Shown here piece after piece: positions 10,831-19,920 of a stretch of DNA of 56,466 bases. Below the pieces are notes generated by a model. The model did not search any database. It was not told the DNA's origin and was given only the letters and a program-made list of their open reading frames with translations. The translations under genes were made by a program, and so were the position numbers. The stretch is from Clostridia bacterium. GTDB lineage: Bacteria > Bacillota > Clostridia > Christensenellales > CAG-1252. Numbering within the stretch: position 1 is the first letter of the stretch; each line of letters begins with the position of its first letter. Location of the stretch: positions 1-56,466 of the forward strand of contig JAGCXI010000035.1 in the NCBI GenBank assembly GCA_017961365.1. Reading direction: 5' to 3'.

Positions 10831-11805
10831 TCAGCACCGAATGATGATCTTCAGATAATTATTCTCGCTGTCCGCCGCTTCCGTGAAAGCCTCCGGAGCA
10901 CCGAGAAAATCCACCGTCTTATCCACGAGATCATCCACTTTCACCACTTCATTCGCAAGAAGATTGATGGCGGCGTCCATATCGGAAGCGCCGTTATTGA
11001 TCCCAACGACGGAGAGCTGCCTGCCCATAATGGCGGAGATGTCCGCATTCAGCTTGCCGATGAAAGTATCATAGCCGACGATGCCGACTTTGCCCCCTTC
11101 CTTCGTAAGCGAAAAAGCGAGCTGAGGCTGCTGGGAGGAGCGGCATTCGAAGATCGTGCAATCCGCCATCTTGCCGCAAGTGATCTGCTTGATGCGACGA
11201 GCGGCGTCCTGCTTGGAAGAATCGATGCGATAATAGATGCCGAATTCTTCCGCGGCGGCGAGACGCTTCTCGGACTTATCGATGATGATGGGGATGGCTT
11301 GATAATAGATGGCGAGCTGCGCAAAGATGAGCCCCAAGGCGTTCGCGCCCAAAATGGCGACGTACTGCTCGTGCTTGAGATCCAGCTTATCCGTCAGCCC
11401 CGCGGCGATGCCGACATACTCGGCGAAAACGCCCATATCTTCCGTAATGCTTTCGGGAAGAGAATAGACGCATTCCTCAGGCACGACGACAAAATCCGCG
11501 AGATAACCGTCCGTATCCACGCCCATGATCTTCAAGCGTCCTTTCGCATCCTTCATATAAGGAGAAAGCAACACTCTCTCTCCTTTGCGGAAACGGCTGT
11601 CTTCATTCGCTTCGCTGATAAAGCCCGTGGCGATACGTCCCGGGGTGATGGGCAATTTCGCTTTCTCAGAGCCTTCGTAAACGGCGACATCCGCGCCTGT
11701 GAGCCCGAGCTTCGTGACTTTCACTTTTACGTGACCGGGGCGAAGCTCTCCCGTGACTTCCTCCATGGAAAGCGCGCCGGGCGCCGCTATCTTCCAAACT
11801 TTCAT
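10831..11805 (-). CDS. Medium-chain dehydrogenase/reductase (sorbitol/threonine DH-like) lacking Zn ligands
   Basis: GroES-like N-domain plus Rossmann fold (ILGANALG, GGKVGIVG); CxSD and GHE motifs replaced. Confidence 0.8.
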   Translation of the reverse strand: MKVWKIAAPGALSMEEVTGELRPGHVKVKVTKLGLTGADVAVYEGSEKAKLPITPGRIATGFISEANEDSRFRKGERVLLSPYMKDAKGRLKIMGVDTDGYLADFVVVPEECVYSLPESITEDMGVFAEYVGIAAGLTDKLDLKHEQYVAILGANALGLIFAQLAIYYQAIPIIIDKSEKRLAAAEEFGIYYRIDSSKQDAARRIKQITCGKMADCTIFECRSSQQPQLAFSLTKEGGKVGIVGYDTFIGKLNADISAIMGRQLSVVGINNGASDMDAAINLLANEVVKVDDLVDKTVDFLGAPEAFTEAADSENNYLKIIIRC

Positions 11806-11833
11806 AGCACTCCTTTGCCTTTCGGCAAGAGAG

Positions 11834-11862
11834 ATTATACCACGTTCTCCTCGAAAAGTAAA
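11834..11862 (-). promoter_or_regulatory. sigma-A promoter of MDR gene
   Basis: TTTACT-17-TATAAT with extended TG. Confidence 0.65.
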
Positions 11863-11965
11863 GTATTCCTCCCTGCGAAAAGCGACGCCGCGCGCTTCTC
11901 TTTTTTCATAAAGATCCTCACGCCGCCGCGAAGCGGAGAAAAAGCCGCCGCCCGGCGGAAAAATA

Positions 11966-11974
11966 TGATATAAT
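11966..11974 (+). promoter_or_regulatory. Extended -10 promoter at the putative IS110 left end
   Basis: TGATATAAT; no recognisable -35. Confidence 0.6.
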
Positions 11975-11980
11975 AAAGGT

Positions 11981-12081
11981 GCGCTCCCGCGATCCGGTTT
12001 TTTTCAATACCTAACGCTTGTCGTTTTTACAGGAGGATACGGCGCGGGAGCGTATGCGGCGGAGATTTTCGCCGCATTTTT
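11981..12081 (+). ncRNA. Candidate IS110-associated structured RNA (bridge/seek RNA-like or attenuator leader)
   Basis: Begins 7 nt after the -10; stem GCGCTCCCGCG (11981-11991)/CGCGGGAGCGT (12043-12053); then terminator hairpin ATGCGGCG/CGCCGCAT plus T-tract. Confidence 0.5.
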
Positions 12082-12110
12082 ATCAAAAAAAAACAAAGGA
12101 GGAAAAGAAA

Positions 12111-13313
12111 ATGATATACGTGGGAATAGACGTAGCGAAGGACAAACACGACTGCCACATCGTGCGGGAGGACGGCGAGATCCTTTTGGATAATTACACC
12201 TTTCAAAACGACTCGGAGGGATTTTCGGCGTTTCGGGAGACGGTGAAGCGCCTGCGCAAACGAAAGGAAGAAGTCAAGATCGGCTTGGAGCATACGGGGC
12301 ATTATTCGCAAAATCTCCTCTCCTTCCTAAAGGAAGAGGGCTATACCGTCATCGCCTTAAATCCTTTGACGGTGAATATGTACCGCAAGAGCAAGTCCCT
12401 TCGCAATACGAAGACGGACAAAAGCGACGCGCGCTACATCGCCGAAGTGACGGCGGAGACCGTCGTAGAAAAGAGGCGGCACGTTCTCGCCGACATCTAT
12501 ACACTGAAATCCCTGACGCGATACCGTTACCGCGTCTTAAAGACCCTCCAGACGATGAAGAACCGTTACCGCCGCGTCTTGCAGATCGTCTTTCCGGAAT
12601 TCGAGACCGTCTTCAACGTGAATTATAAGACCACCATCGACCTTCTCGTGAAATATCCTTCGCCGAAGGATATCCTGAAGACGGATAAAGAGGCGCTCGC
12701 AAAGAGTCTCGACAAGCTTTCGCACGGACATTACGGGAAGAAGACGGAGGCGCTCATCGACGCCGCCGCACACACCATCGGCGCGGCGAACGCGGGCGAC
12801 GCTTTCGAACTGAAACACCTCGCGAAACAGATCTCTTTCCTGCAAGAAGAAGTGGACGTCCTCGAGGAACGGCTGGAAACGATCCTTCGCCGCCTGCATA
12901 CGCCCATCCTCTCCATCCCCGGCATCGGGATCAGCACCGGCGCCGCCATCCTCGCCGAGATCGGAAATATCAAGAACTTCGAGACTCCTTCCAAGCTCCT
13001 TGCTTACGTCGGGAGCGAGCCCACGATCTATCAATCGGGCAAATACCTCCTCACCCGCACGCCGATGGTGAAGAAAGGCTCGAAATACCTCAGAAACGCC
13101 ATCTTCCAAGCCACCAAAGCCGCCTACATCACAGACCCCGTCATGCGCGCTTACATCGACAAAAAGCGTGACGAGGGGAAACATTTCTTCGTCGCCCTCT
13201 CGCACGGAATGAAGAAAATGACCCGCATCATCTTCGCCGTGCTGAAAAGCGGAAAAGACTACCAAGCGCCGAAAGGGACGGCGATAAACGCCGAATGCGA
13301 AACGGAAGATTAA
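12111..13313 (+). mobile_element. IS110 family recombinase/transposase (400 aa)
   Basis: DEDD residues in YVGIDVAK, GLEHTGHY, KTDKSD; IPGIG, LAEIG, YQSG catalytic Ser, KGSKYLR; AGGAGG RBS; element ends not resolved. Confidence 0.93.
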
Positions 13314-13342
13314 AAAACGCTACGATACACGCAGCGCTTTTT
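13312..13342. terminator. Imperfect hairpin between IS110 and flavodoxin
   Basis: AAAAACGCT...AGCGCTTTTT. Confidence 0.4.
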
Positions 13343-13358
13343 ATTTCTTCAAGGAAAA

Positions 13359-13805
13359 TCAGTCAAAGAAGACTTGCAATTTTTCCATTTCTTCAGGGTA
13401 TTTCTTCGGCTCTTTCAGGACGACGATCTTCGAGGAGGGAAACTCTTTTCCCAGCCGTTCGACCGCCTTTGGCGCCGCGCCGCCACCCGCATAGAGGACG
13501 AAGGAGAGTTCCTTCCCTTTCAAGGCTTCCAGCACCGAATTGATGGGAGAAGAGATCCTGCCATTCCAAACGGGAGAGCCGACGATCACTAGGTCATATC
13601 CTTCGAGAGAACTGTCCCATTCAAAGAGAGGATCCTTATGCTTGATCGCCGCCAAGAAACCGCCCGTCAGCATTCCCAAAAGGAAAGACTTCGGAAGGGG
13701 CTTCTTCGGGGTGACTTTGCGGATCTCCGCCCCCTTCTCGCGAAAGCGCTCCGCGACGAGATCCCCATTCCCCGTATAAGAATAATAAATAAAAAGCGTT
13801 TTCAT
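13359..13805 (-). CDS. Flavodoxin-like protein
   Basis: YYSYTGN FMN loop, YDLVIVGSPVW; GGAGG RBS before ATG 13805. Confidence 0.85.
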   Translation of the reverse strand: MKTLFIYYSYTGNGDLVAERFREKGAEIRKVTPKKPLPKSFLLGMLTGGFLAAIKHKDPLFEWDSSLEGYDLVIVGSPVWNGRISSPINSVLEALKGKELSFVLYAGGGAAPKAVERLGKEFPSSKIVVLKEPKKYPEEMEKLQVFFD

Positions 13806-13940
13806 AGTCCTCCTTCCGCCATGCGTGCGAACCACTCCGACAAAACGCACTCACGGGCGAAATCACGTTCTTCACATCATGCAATAATAATGAAAAAGAA
13901 CCCAACTAAAACCGCCAAAATATTTCCGCGCGAATGAAGA

Positions 13941-14045
13941 AGGGGGCAGATGCGAGGCTCGGCAAGCCTTGGCGAATGAGTGTACTTCTTGTACGTGATT
14001 TCGTCAAAGTGCAGACAGAAACAAAGCAAGTGGGTCGCCACCTCC
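13941..14045. repeat. Palindromic intergenic repeat (REP/MITE-like), copy A
   Basis: Core TGAGTGTACTTCTTGTACGTGAT 13977-13999 inside a hairpin; AGATGCGAG upstream. Confidence 0.65.
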
Positions 14046-14122
14046 CGTCAGCCCCCGCCCTTGGCGAGCGCGAACGCGCCATTGAGGTTCCCCGAAATAT
14101 CCATGGGGATGTGGGCGCGTAG

Positions 14123-14220
14123 AACGGTGTAGATACGAGCGCTCACCGAAGAGGCGGGTCTGAGCGTACTCCTTGTACGTGATGCCCGACGATGAGGCGT
14201 AGCGAAGTAGATGCGCCGTT
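14123..14220. repeat. Palindromic intergenic repeat (REP/MITE-like), copy B
   Basis: Core TGAGCGTACTCCTTGTACGTGAT 14161-14183 (21/23 identical to copy A); closing stem AACGGTGT/GCGCCGTT. Confidence 0.65.
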
Positions 14221-15175
14221 ATAGGCGCTCACCTTTAATGGCCAAGGCGAGAGCGCCATATAACCCCGCGTCATTCTTCAAAGCCGCAGCCAGCACTTTC
14301 ACCTTCGGATTCACCCCTGCGCCATAGAGGAGCGCATTCATCTTGCGCGAAACCTTCTTGATGAAATAATCCCCTTGATTACTGATGCCGCCGCCGATCA
14401 AAACGACGTCGGGGCGGAAGATATTCGCGAGAGAAGCGAGACCCTGCGCAACATAGGAAACATAATCCTTGATGACTTTCAAGCCCGCTTTATCCCCTGC
14501 TTTCGCCGCGTCGAAGGGAACGATGCCAGACTCGCCTTTCTCTTTCCAGAGGGAGGCGAGGAGACTATCGGGACGACGAGCTACCATACGCGCCGTCTGG
14601 CGGAGGAGCGCGCTTGCCGAAGCATACGCCTCGAAACAGCCGCGATTTCCGCAGGTGCAACGTTCGCCGCCCATTTTCAGCATAATGTGTCCGCCTTCCG
14701 CGCCTGCGCCGCCGACGCCCGTGATCATCTCGCCATTTGCGACGATACCCGTGCCGACGCCCGTGCCAAGGGTGACGAGGAGGACATTCGAGAGCCCTTT
14801 CGCCGCGCCGAAGAGCGCCTCTCCGAGCGCCGCGGCATTCGCGTCATTCTCCACGAAAACGGGGCAATCAAGATGCTTCCTTACGTCTTGAACGATGGGG
14901 GCATGCTCAAGCTTGATATTATTCGAATATACGATGACACCTTTCTTTCCGTCCACGGTGCCGGGCGTACCGATGCCCACCGCGCGGATCTCCTTCTCCG
15001 CGACGCCGATACGGGAAGCAAGCTCTTTGAGGAAACGCGCGATGCTCTCGCCCATCTCCGCGGAAGTGATGCCGTCCTTTGTCTTGAAACTGTCTTTTAC
15101 GAGGATCTCACCCTGCTCGGTGGCAAGGCAGCATTTGATGCTCATTCCTCCGACGTCTACACCTGCATAGATCAT
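14219..15175 (-). CDS. ROK family sugar kinase (glucokinase-like)
   Basis: GVDVGG, ENDANAAALGE, TLGTGVG, EGGH, CTCGNRGCFEAYAS; no HTH. Confidence 0.92.
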   Translation of the reverse strand: MIYAGVDVGGMSIKCCLATEQGEILVKDSFKTKDGITSAEMGESIARFLKELASRIGVAEKEIRAVGIGTPGTVDGKKGVIVYSNNIKLEHAPIVQDVRKHLDCPVFVENDANAAALGEALFGAAKGLSNVLLVTLGTGVGTGIVANGEMITGVGGAGAEGGHIMLKMGGERCTCGNRGCFEAYASASALLRQTARMVARRPDSLLASLWKEKGESGIVPFDAAKAGDKAGLKVIKDYVSYVAQGLASLANIFRPDVVLIGGGISNQGDYFIKKVSRKMNALLYGAGVNPKVKVLAAALKNDAGLYGALALAIKGERL

Positions 15176-15184
15176 AACTTCACC

Positions 15185-16495
15185 TCAATTGATAAATTCT
15201 TCGTAGATCGCGTTGATCGCTCTCTCGTAATCGTCCCCTTTCACGGCGACGATGATATTCAGTTCGCTGGAGCCTTGGTCGATCATCTTGATATTCACGC
15301 CAACGCGGGAAAGCGCGGTGAAAAGTCTAGACGCCGTGCCGGGCTTGTACGCCATGCCGTGTCCCACCGTGGCGATCAAAGCGAGATCACTCTGCACCTC
15401 CAAGCGATCGGGGCTGACCGCTTCACGGATGCCGCCGATGAGCTCTTGCATTTTGCCGCCGATCTCGCTGTCCGCGAGGATCAAGGTCATCGTGTCGATG
15501 CCGCTCGGAAGATGCTCGAAACTGATATTCAGATTCTCCAAAACGGAGAGGAGACGGCGGGTGAAGCCGATCTCGTTATTCATCATGGACTTCTCGATGA
15601 GGATGCTGACGAAACCTTTCTTGCCCGCGATGCCCGTGATGAGGCGATCATGCTGCAAGACGCCGGGGAGGATCATCGTGCCGGGATCCTCGGGGTCGAA
15701 AGTATTCTTGATATTGATGGGGATATTCGCCTTGCGCACAGGGAAAATGCTCTCCGGATGCAAGACGTTCGCGCCCATATACGAGAGCTCGCGCAGCTCG
15801 CGATAAGAAAGCTCGGGGATCTTGCGCGGATGATCCACGATGCGCGGATCTGCCGTCAGGAAGCCATTCACGTCCGTCCAATTCTCATAAAGATCCGCTT
15901 TCACGGCGCGCGCCACGATGGCGCCCGTCACGTCGCTGCCGCCTCTGGAGAAGGTGCGGATCTGACCGACGGAAGTGCTCCCATAAAAGCCGGGCATGAC
16001 GACATACTCTTTCTTGAGAAGAATGCGACGCGCAACGTCATTCGTGTACTCCGCATTAAAGACGCCGTTATCCGAAAAGCGGATCACCTCTTTTGCATCC
16101 ACGAAATCATAGTCGAGATAAGCCGCGAGAAGCATCGCGGAGAGGCGCTCTCCTTGCGCCGCGGCATAATCCGCGATGGGAGAAGCGACGATCCCCTCTT
16201 CGATCTCCTTAAAGATCGCTTCGAGATCCACTTTGTCCGTGACGCCGAGGCCTGCGGCGATCTCGACAAAACGCTCTTTGATGGGCGCGAGGAGCGAAGA
16301 GAGCTTCCCTCCCTTCTTACTCTCCGCATAAGCGGTCAATAAGCTGTCCGTGATCTTGATGTCCTTCGCGTGTCTCTTTCCGGGGGCGGAGACGACGACA
16401 TACTTCCTCTCACTGTCCGCGCGGATGATATCCGCCACTCTTTTGATCGTGTCACTCGACGCCATACTGCTGCCGCCGAACTTGCAAACTTTCAT
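15185..16495 (-). CDS. lysC: Aspartate kinase
   Basis: KFGGSS, VVSAPGK, FSRGGSD, WTDV, C-terminal ACT domains. Confidence 0.93.
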   Translation of the reverse strand: MKVCKFGGSSMASSDTIKRVADIIRADSERKYVVVSAPGKRHAKDIKITDSLLTAYAESKKGGKLSSLLAPIKERFVEIAAGLGVTDKVDLEAIFKEIEEGIVASPIADYAAAQGERLSAMLLAAYLDYDFVDAKEVIRFSDNGVFNAEYTNDVARRILLKKEYVVMPGFYGSTSVGQIRTFSRGGSDVTGAIVARAVKADLYENWTDVNGFLTADPRIVDHPRKIPELSYRELRELSYMGANVLHPESIFPVRKANIPINIKNTFDPEDPGTMILPGVLQHDRLITGIAGKKGFVSILIEKSMMNNEIGFTRRLLSVLENLNISFEHLPSGIDTMTLILADSEIGGKMQELIGGIREAVSPDRLEVQSDLALIATVGHGMAYKPGTASRLFTALSRVGVNIKMIDQGSSELNIIVAVKGDDYERAINAIYEEFIN

Positions 16496-16519
16496 ATTTT
16501 TCTCCTTATATTCGGTATT

Positions 16520-17746
16520 TTATCGTATCCTTCTGCATTCGAGATAATATCTCTTTTCTTCCGCCTCACCCATCGAGAAAGTCTTCCGCGGCAGGGAACC
16601 GTGTTTCACCACGTAAGGGAAAAGATCGCTCTTCTCCATCACGGGCATAAAGATCGCCACGCCGTCATGAGACGCCGCCACCTCCGACAGATTCGCGTCA
16701 CCGTGGATATAATCCACCGAAACGCCCTCGTGCTTTGCGATATAGTCGTCGATGAAATCCTGCACGGCTTTCACCGCTTCCGCCGCCACTTTCGGGACAT
16801 CTACGCCATACATCTCATCGCGATACAGGACGGTGACGTGTCCTTCGCCCGAAAGCGAGCGTTGCATCTCCTCGATGAAAGGAAGACCCGCTCCGAAGAT
16901 GACGCGATGGATCGCCTCAAAGAGGAGGTCATCCTCATAAAGATTCACGATCTCGACGAGGACGTAACGCGCGGGATGATCGCGGCGCTCTTCCTCCGAG
17001 AGCGAAGGCTTGATCTCCTCCCAAAGGAGCTTCGCCGTCGCCACGGAATGATTTCCGTCTCCCACGGCGAAGAGAAAGGGCTTCTCAATGCCGTAACGGC
17101 TCTTCATCCGCGCGGGATCGGCAAGGGCGAGCACGGCGGAACGCACCTTTTCGGCGTCCTTCACGCGATAGCCTTTGATATGCCCGCCGGACATATTGAG
17201 GTCTGTATCATATAAAAGATCTTCCTCCGTCACGGAGGCGAGAACGGGCTCGATCACGGAGCGCTCTTCATCGTCGATGAGAAGCAGCACGTGGGGAAGC
17301 TCCAAGGGGGCGCCGCGGCGGATCTTCAGACGCACGGGAAGGCGCTCTTTCACCGTGGCTTCGGTGGCGCGAATGGGCAGTCCGCCCGTCATAAAATCAT
17401 AAGAATCGAGATCGACGGCGGCGATGAGCCCCACGCGGCGATGCCCGTAGGACGTGACCCTATCCGTCAGAATGAAATCATTCACCTCGCGGAAGATCCC
17501 CTTTCGAAGATAATCCGTCATATGTAAATTGATGGAGCGAATGCGCTCTTCCATATCCCCCCTTTCGAGATAATACTCGGGGAAAATGATATGCAAAGCA
17601 CTGACCTCTCCGCAATGATCGCGAAGCTTCTGCCAATACTCGCCTTGCGACGTAAACTGATCGCAAGCGATGACCGCCCATTTCTCCAGATCCACATCCT
17701 CTTTCGGCAAAAGCACCCGAGGAACGCGGATGATATCTTCCGTCAT
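16520..17746 (-). CDS. DUF1015 family protein
   Basis: WAVIACDQFTS, IRATE, AVGDGNHS, LPRKTFSMG; ATG 17746 overlaps cdaA stop. Confidence 0.85.
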   Translation of the reverse strand: MTEDIIRVPRVLLPKEDVDLEKWAVIACDQFTSQGEYWQKLRDHCGEVSALHIIFPEYYLERGDMEERIRSINLHMTDYLRKGIFREVNDFILTDRVTSYGHRRVGLIAAVDLDSYDFMTGGLPIRATEATVKERLPVRLKIRRGAPLELPHVLLLIDDEERSVIEPVLASVTEEDLLYDTDLNMSGGHIKGYRVKDAEKVRSAVLALADPARMKSRYGIEKPFLFAVGDGNHSVATAKLLWEEIKPSLSEEERRDHPARYVLVEIVNLYEDDLLFEAIHRVIFGAGLPFIEEMQRSLSGEGHVTVLYRDEMYGVDVPKVAAEAVKAVQDFIDDYIAKHEGVSVDYIHGDANLSEVAASHDGVAIFMPVMEKSDLFPYVVKHGSLPRKTFSMGEAEEKRYYLECRRIR

Positions 17747-18597
17747 TTTCTGCCTCCTCTCCCGTAACTGCGCGTATTTCTTCTGCTGATATCCGTAATG
17801 CCGAAAGCATCGTCCAAGGCGTCCATAAGCTTCTCGCCCGTGATATAGCGCTTGATCTCTCCGTTTCTGACAAGACTGATGATCCCCGTCTCTTCGCTGA
17901 CGACGATGGTCAAGACGTCGCTTTCCTCCGTGATGCCGATGGCGGCGCGATGGCGCGTGCCGAGATCCTTGCTGATCGCGGGATTCTGCGAAAGCGGCAG
18001 GAAGCAACCCGCCGCGAGAACGACGTTATTCTTGATGATGACGGCGCCGTCATGGAGCGGCGCATGGGGATTAAAGATGCTCTCCAAAAGCGGCGCGGAA
18101 AGGGCGCTGTTCAGACGAATGCCCGTATCGAGCATATTGGAGGAGATGATGGTCGGACAGACGACGATCAAGGCGCCGATATTATTCTTCGCGAGATTCT
18201 GACAAGCTTTCACGATCTCGCCCGAGGCATAGCGAAGGTCATCTTCGTCTCTGGAATTATGAAGCTTTGCATAGACGTTTTCTTCATTCTGTCCGCCGAC
18301 TTTGGCAAAAAGCAGCTTGAGATCGGACTGATACACCACCGCGCTCGCCACGATAAAAATGACGGCGAGGAAGCGCATGATCTCACGCGTAAAGTAAAGG
18401 GCTTTTAAATCAAAGAGCGCCGTGCAGACGTCCATTCCCACGAAAAGAAGGGTGTACAAGATAAAGAAAAGACCCATCTTATAATTCTTTTTGCGGAAGA
18501 AGAACGCCGCGATCGCGATGATAAAACAAAGCAAGATCACCGCATCCACGATGGAGACCCAGCCGATATTCTTAAAATAATTCGTCAGCAATTCCAT
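17743..18597 (-). CDS. cdaA: Membrane diadenylate cyclase CdaA/DacA
   Basis: Three N-terminal TMs; DAC motifs LHDGAV and GTRHRAA, VSEETG. Confidence 0.92.
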   Translation of the reverse strand: MELLTNYFKNIGWVSIVDAVILLCFIIAIAAFFFRKKNYKMGLFFILYTLLFVGMDVCTALFDLKALYFTREIMRFLAVIFIVASAVVYQSDLKLLFAKVGGQNEENVYAKLHNSRDEDDLRYASGEIVKACQNLAKNNIGALIVVCPTIISSNMLDTGIRLNSALSAPLLESIFNPHAPLHDGAVIIKNNVVLAAGCFLPLSQNPAISKDLGTRHRAAIGITEESDVLTIVVSEETGIISLVRNGEIKRYITGEKLMDALDDAFGITDISRRNTRSYGRGGRK

Positions 18598-18669
18598 ACA
18601 CGCACCTCAATATTGCTAAGCTATATCAAGTATAATATACCCCGCGCAAAAAATAAAGCAAAATCCACG

Positions 18670-19920
18670 CTAAAAACGGAAGACGTCGTCCTCATCATCC
18701 GCCTTTGGCGGATCCTGCTTTTTCTCTCCTTCGAACTCCTCGAAAGGACTGTCCTCATCGGGGGCATCCTCCTCCGGCGCGCGGAAAGCGTCTTCCCATA
18801 CGCGCTCTCTTCTGTCCTTCCCTTGCCTGACGATCAAGAGCACGAAAAGCAGAATGACGACCGCCGCCCCGATGAACAAAATGAGATAATACGCAAGCGG
18901 GCTTTGAAGATCCGCGCCGGAGACTTCTTTCTCCGCTTTTTCGAGCGCTGCGGAAAGTCCCTCCCCCGTCACGCCTTTAATGATGACATTCGAGACGGCG
19001 AGAAGCCTCTTCTCCGTCTCCGCTTTGCCGCCGTTTCGCCTGTCGATGGTCTCAAAGGTGTCCTCGCTCGTGCCGACGACGTCTCCCTTCCCTTCATAGC
19101 GATAGACTCCCGTCTTATACGTCCAGGCGCCGCCTACGAAAGAAGCGCAAGGAATATCCTCCGCGAGGAAAGCATGATTTGCGCCGAGGATGCCGAGATG
19201 GGCTTGGAGATAAGTGCCGTCCGAGAAAGTATAGGTGACCGCGCGCTTATAGGCAGGGGGATCGAGGATATCCGCTTTCGCCTCCTCGATGACGCCCTTG
19301 AAATACGTCGCGTGAGCGCGTTTCACATCGTCGCAATAGAGATAATCATAACTGCCCGCGGCGACGCCGTCGAGATTGATATACAAAGCGAGGGTGTCGA
19401 GATCCACGCCGCATTTTTCCACGTTGAAATCGGAGAGCGCCACCCCGCCCCAGAAAGCGATCACGATGTCATAATCACAAGAGAGCGTCGAGAGCGCCGC
19501 GGCGACATACTGCAAAACGCCGACCGAAAGCGCCGCTTCCGCGCCTTCGCCCACGCCATCGCCGCCCGAGGGCTCGAAACAGCCGTAATACGTCCCGATG
19601 AGGACTGTCTTTCCTTTCCCATTGTCCTTAAAGCCGAGGACGTGATTATAATGACAAGTGATCTTGGCGGAAGTATTCGTCGACTCGATCTGATGGACGA
19701 AAGTCGGCGTCTCCACGCGATATCCGAGGGCTTCCAAGAAAGAGACCAGCACGGCGGAAGAGGCTTGTTCCAGATCTCCGCTCAGCGTGCGCGTGGGATA
19801 TAAAGAGGCGAACGCCGCGGCGTATTCATAAGGCAAAGCTTCCGCGGAAGAGACGCCGACGGGCGCCACCGCGAAGAAAAGCACGCTTACGATCAAAAGA
19901 ATAAGCAGAAATCTTTTCAT
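18670..19920 (-). CDS. Secreted, C-terminally anchored M28-peptidase-like protein with degenerate active site
   Basis: Signal peptide; NHVLG..TVLIG, DIVIAFWGG, YINLDGV; C-terminal TM and acidic tail. Confidence 0.6.
   Translation of the reverse strand: MKRFLLILLIVSVLFFAVAPVGVSSAEALPYEYAAAFASLYPTRTLSGDLEQASSAVLVSFLEALGYRVETPTFVHQIESTNTSAKITCHYNHVLGFKDNGKGKTVLIGTYYGCFEPSGGDGVGEGAEAALSVGVLQYVAAALSTLSCDYDIVIAFWGGVALSDFNVEKCGVDLDTLALYINLDGVAAGSYDYLYCDDVKRAHATYFKGVIEEAKADILDPPAYKRAVTYTFSDGTYLQAHLGILGANHAFLAEDIPCASFVGGAWTYKTGVYRYEGKGDVVGTSEDTFETIDRRNGGKAETEKRLLAVSNVIIKGVTGEGLSAALEKAEKEVSGADLQSPLAYYLILFIGAAVVILLFVLLIVRQGKDRRERVWEDAFRAPEEDAPDEDSPFEEFEGEKKQDPPKADDEDDVFRF

Noticed and set aside
11981-12081. 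Known riboswitch upstream of the IS110 gene
   Set aside because: No SAM, TPP, FMN, c-di-AMP, T-box or other consensus recognised; an Rfam scan would be decisive
12018-12110. Upstream extensions in the ORF track (also 4427, 8411, 13850, 18007, 30049, 38514, 39585)
   Set aside because: They run through promoters, terminators or neighbouring genes; downstream ATGs fit RBS or promoter position and family N-termini
13977-14183. Repeat pair as CRISPR or TIGR-like array (CTGA/GTGATG resemble box D/C)
   Set aside because: Only two copies 184 bp apart, no regular repeat-spacer period, and no cas or Tas gene
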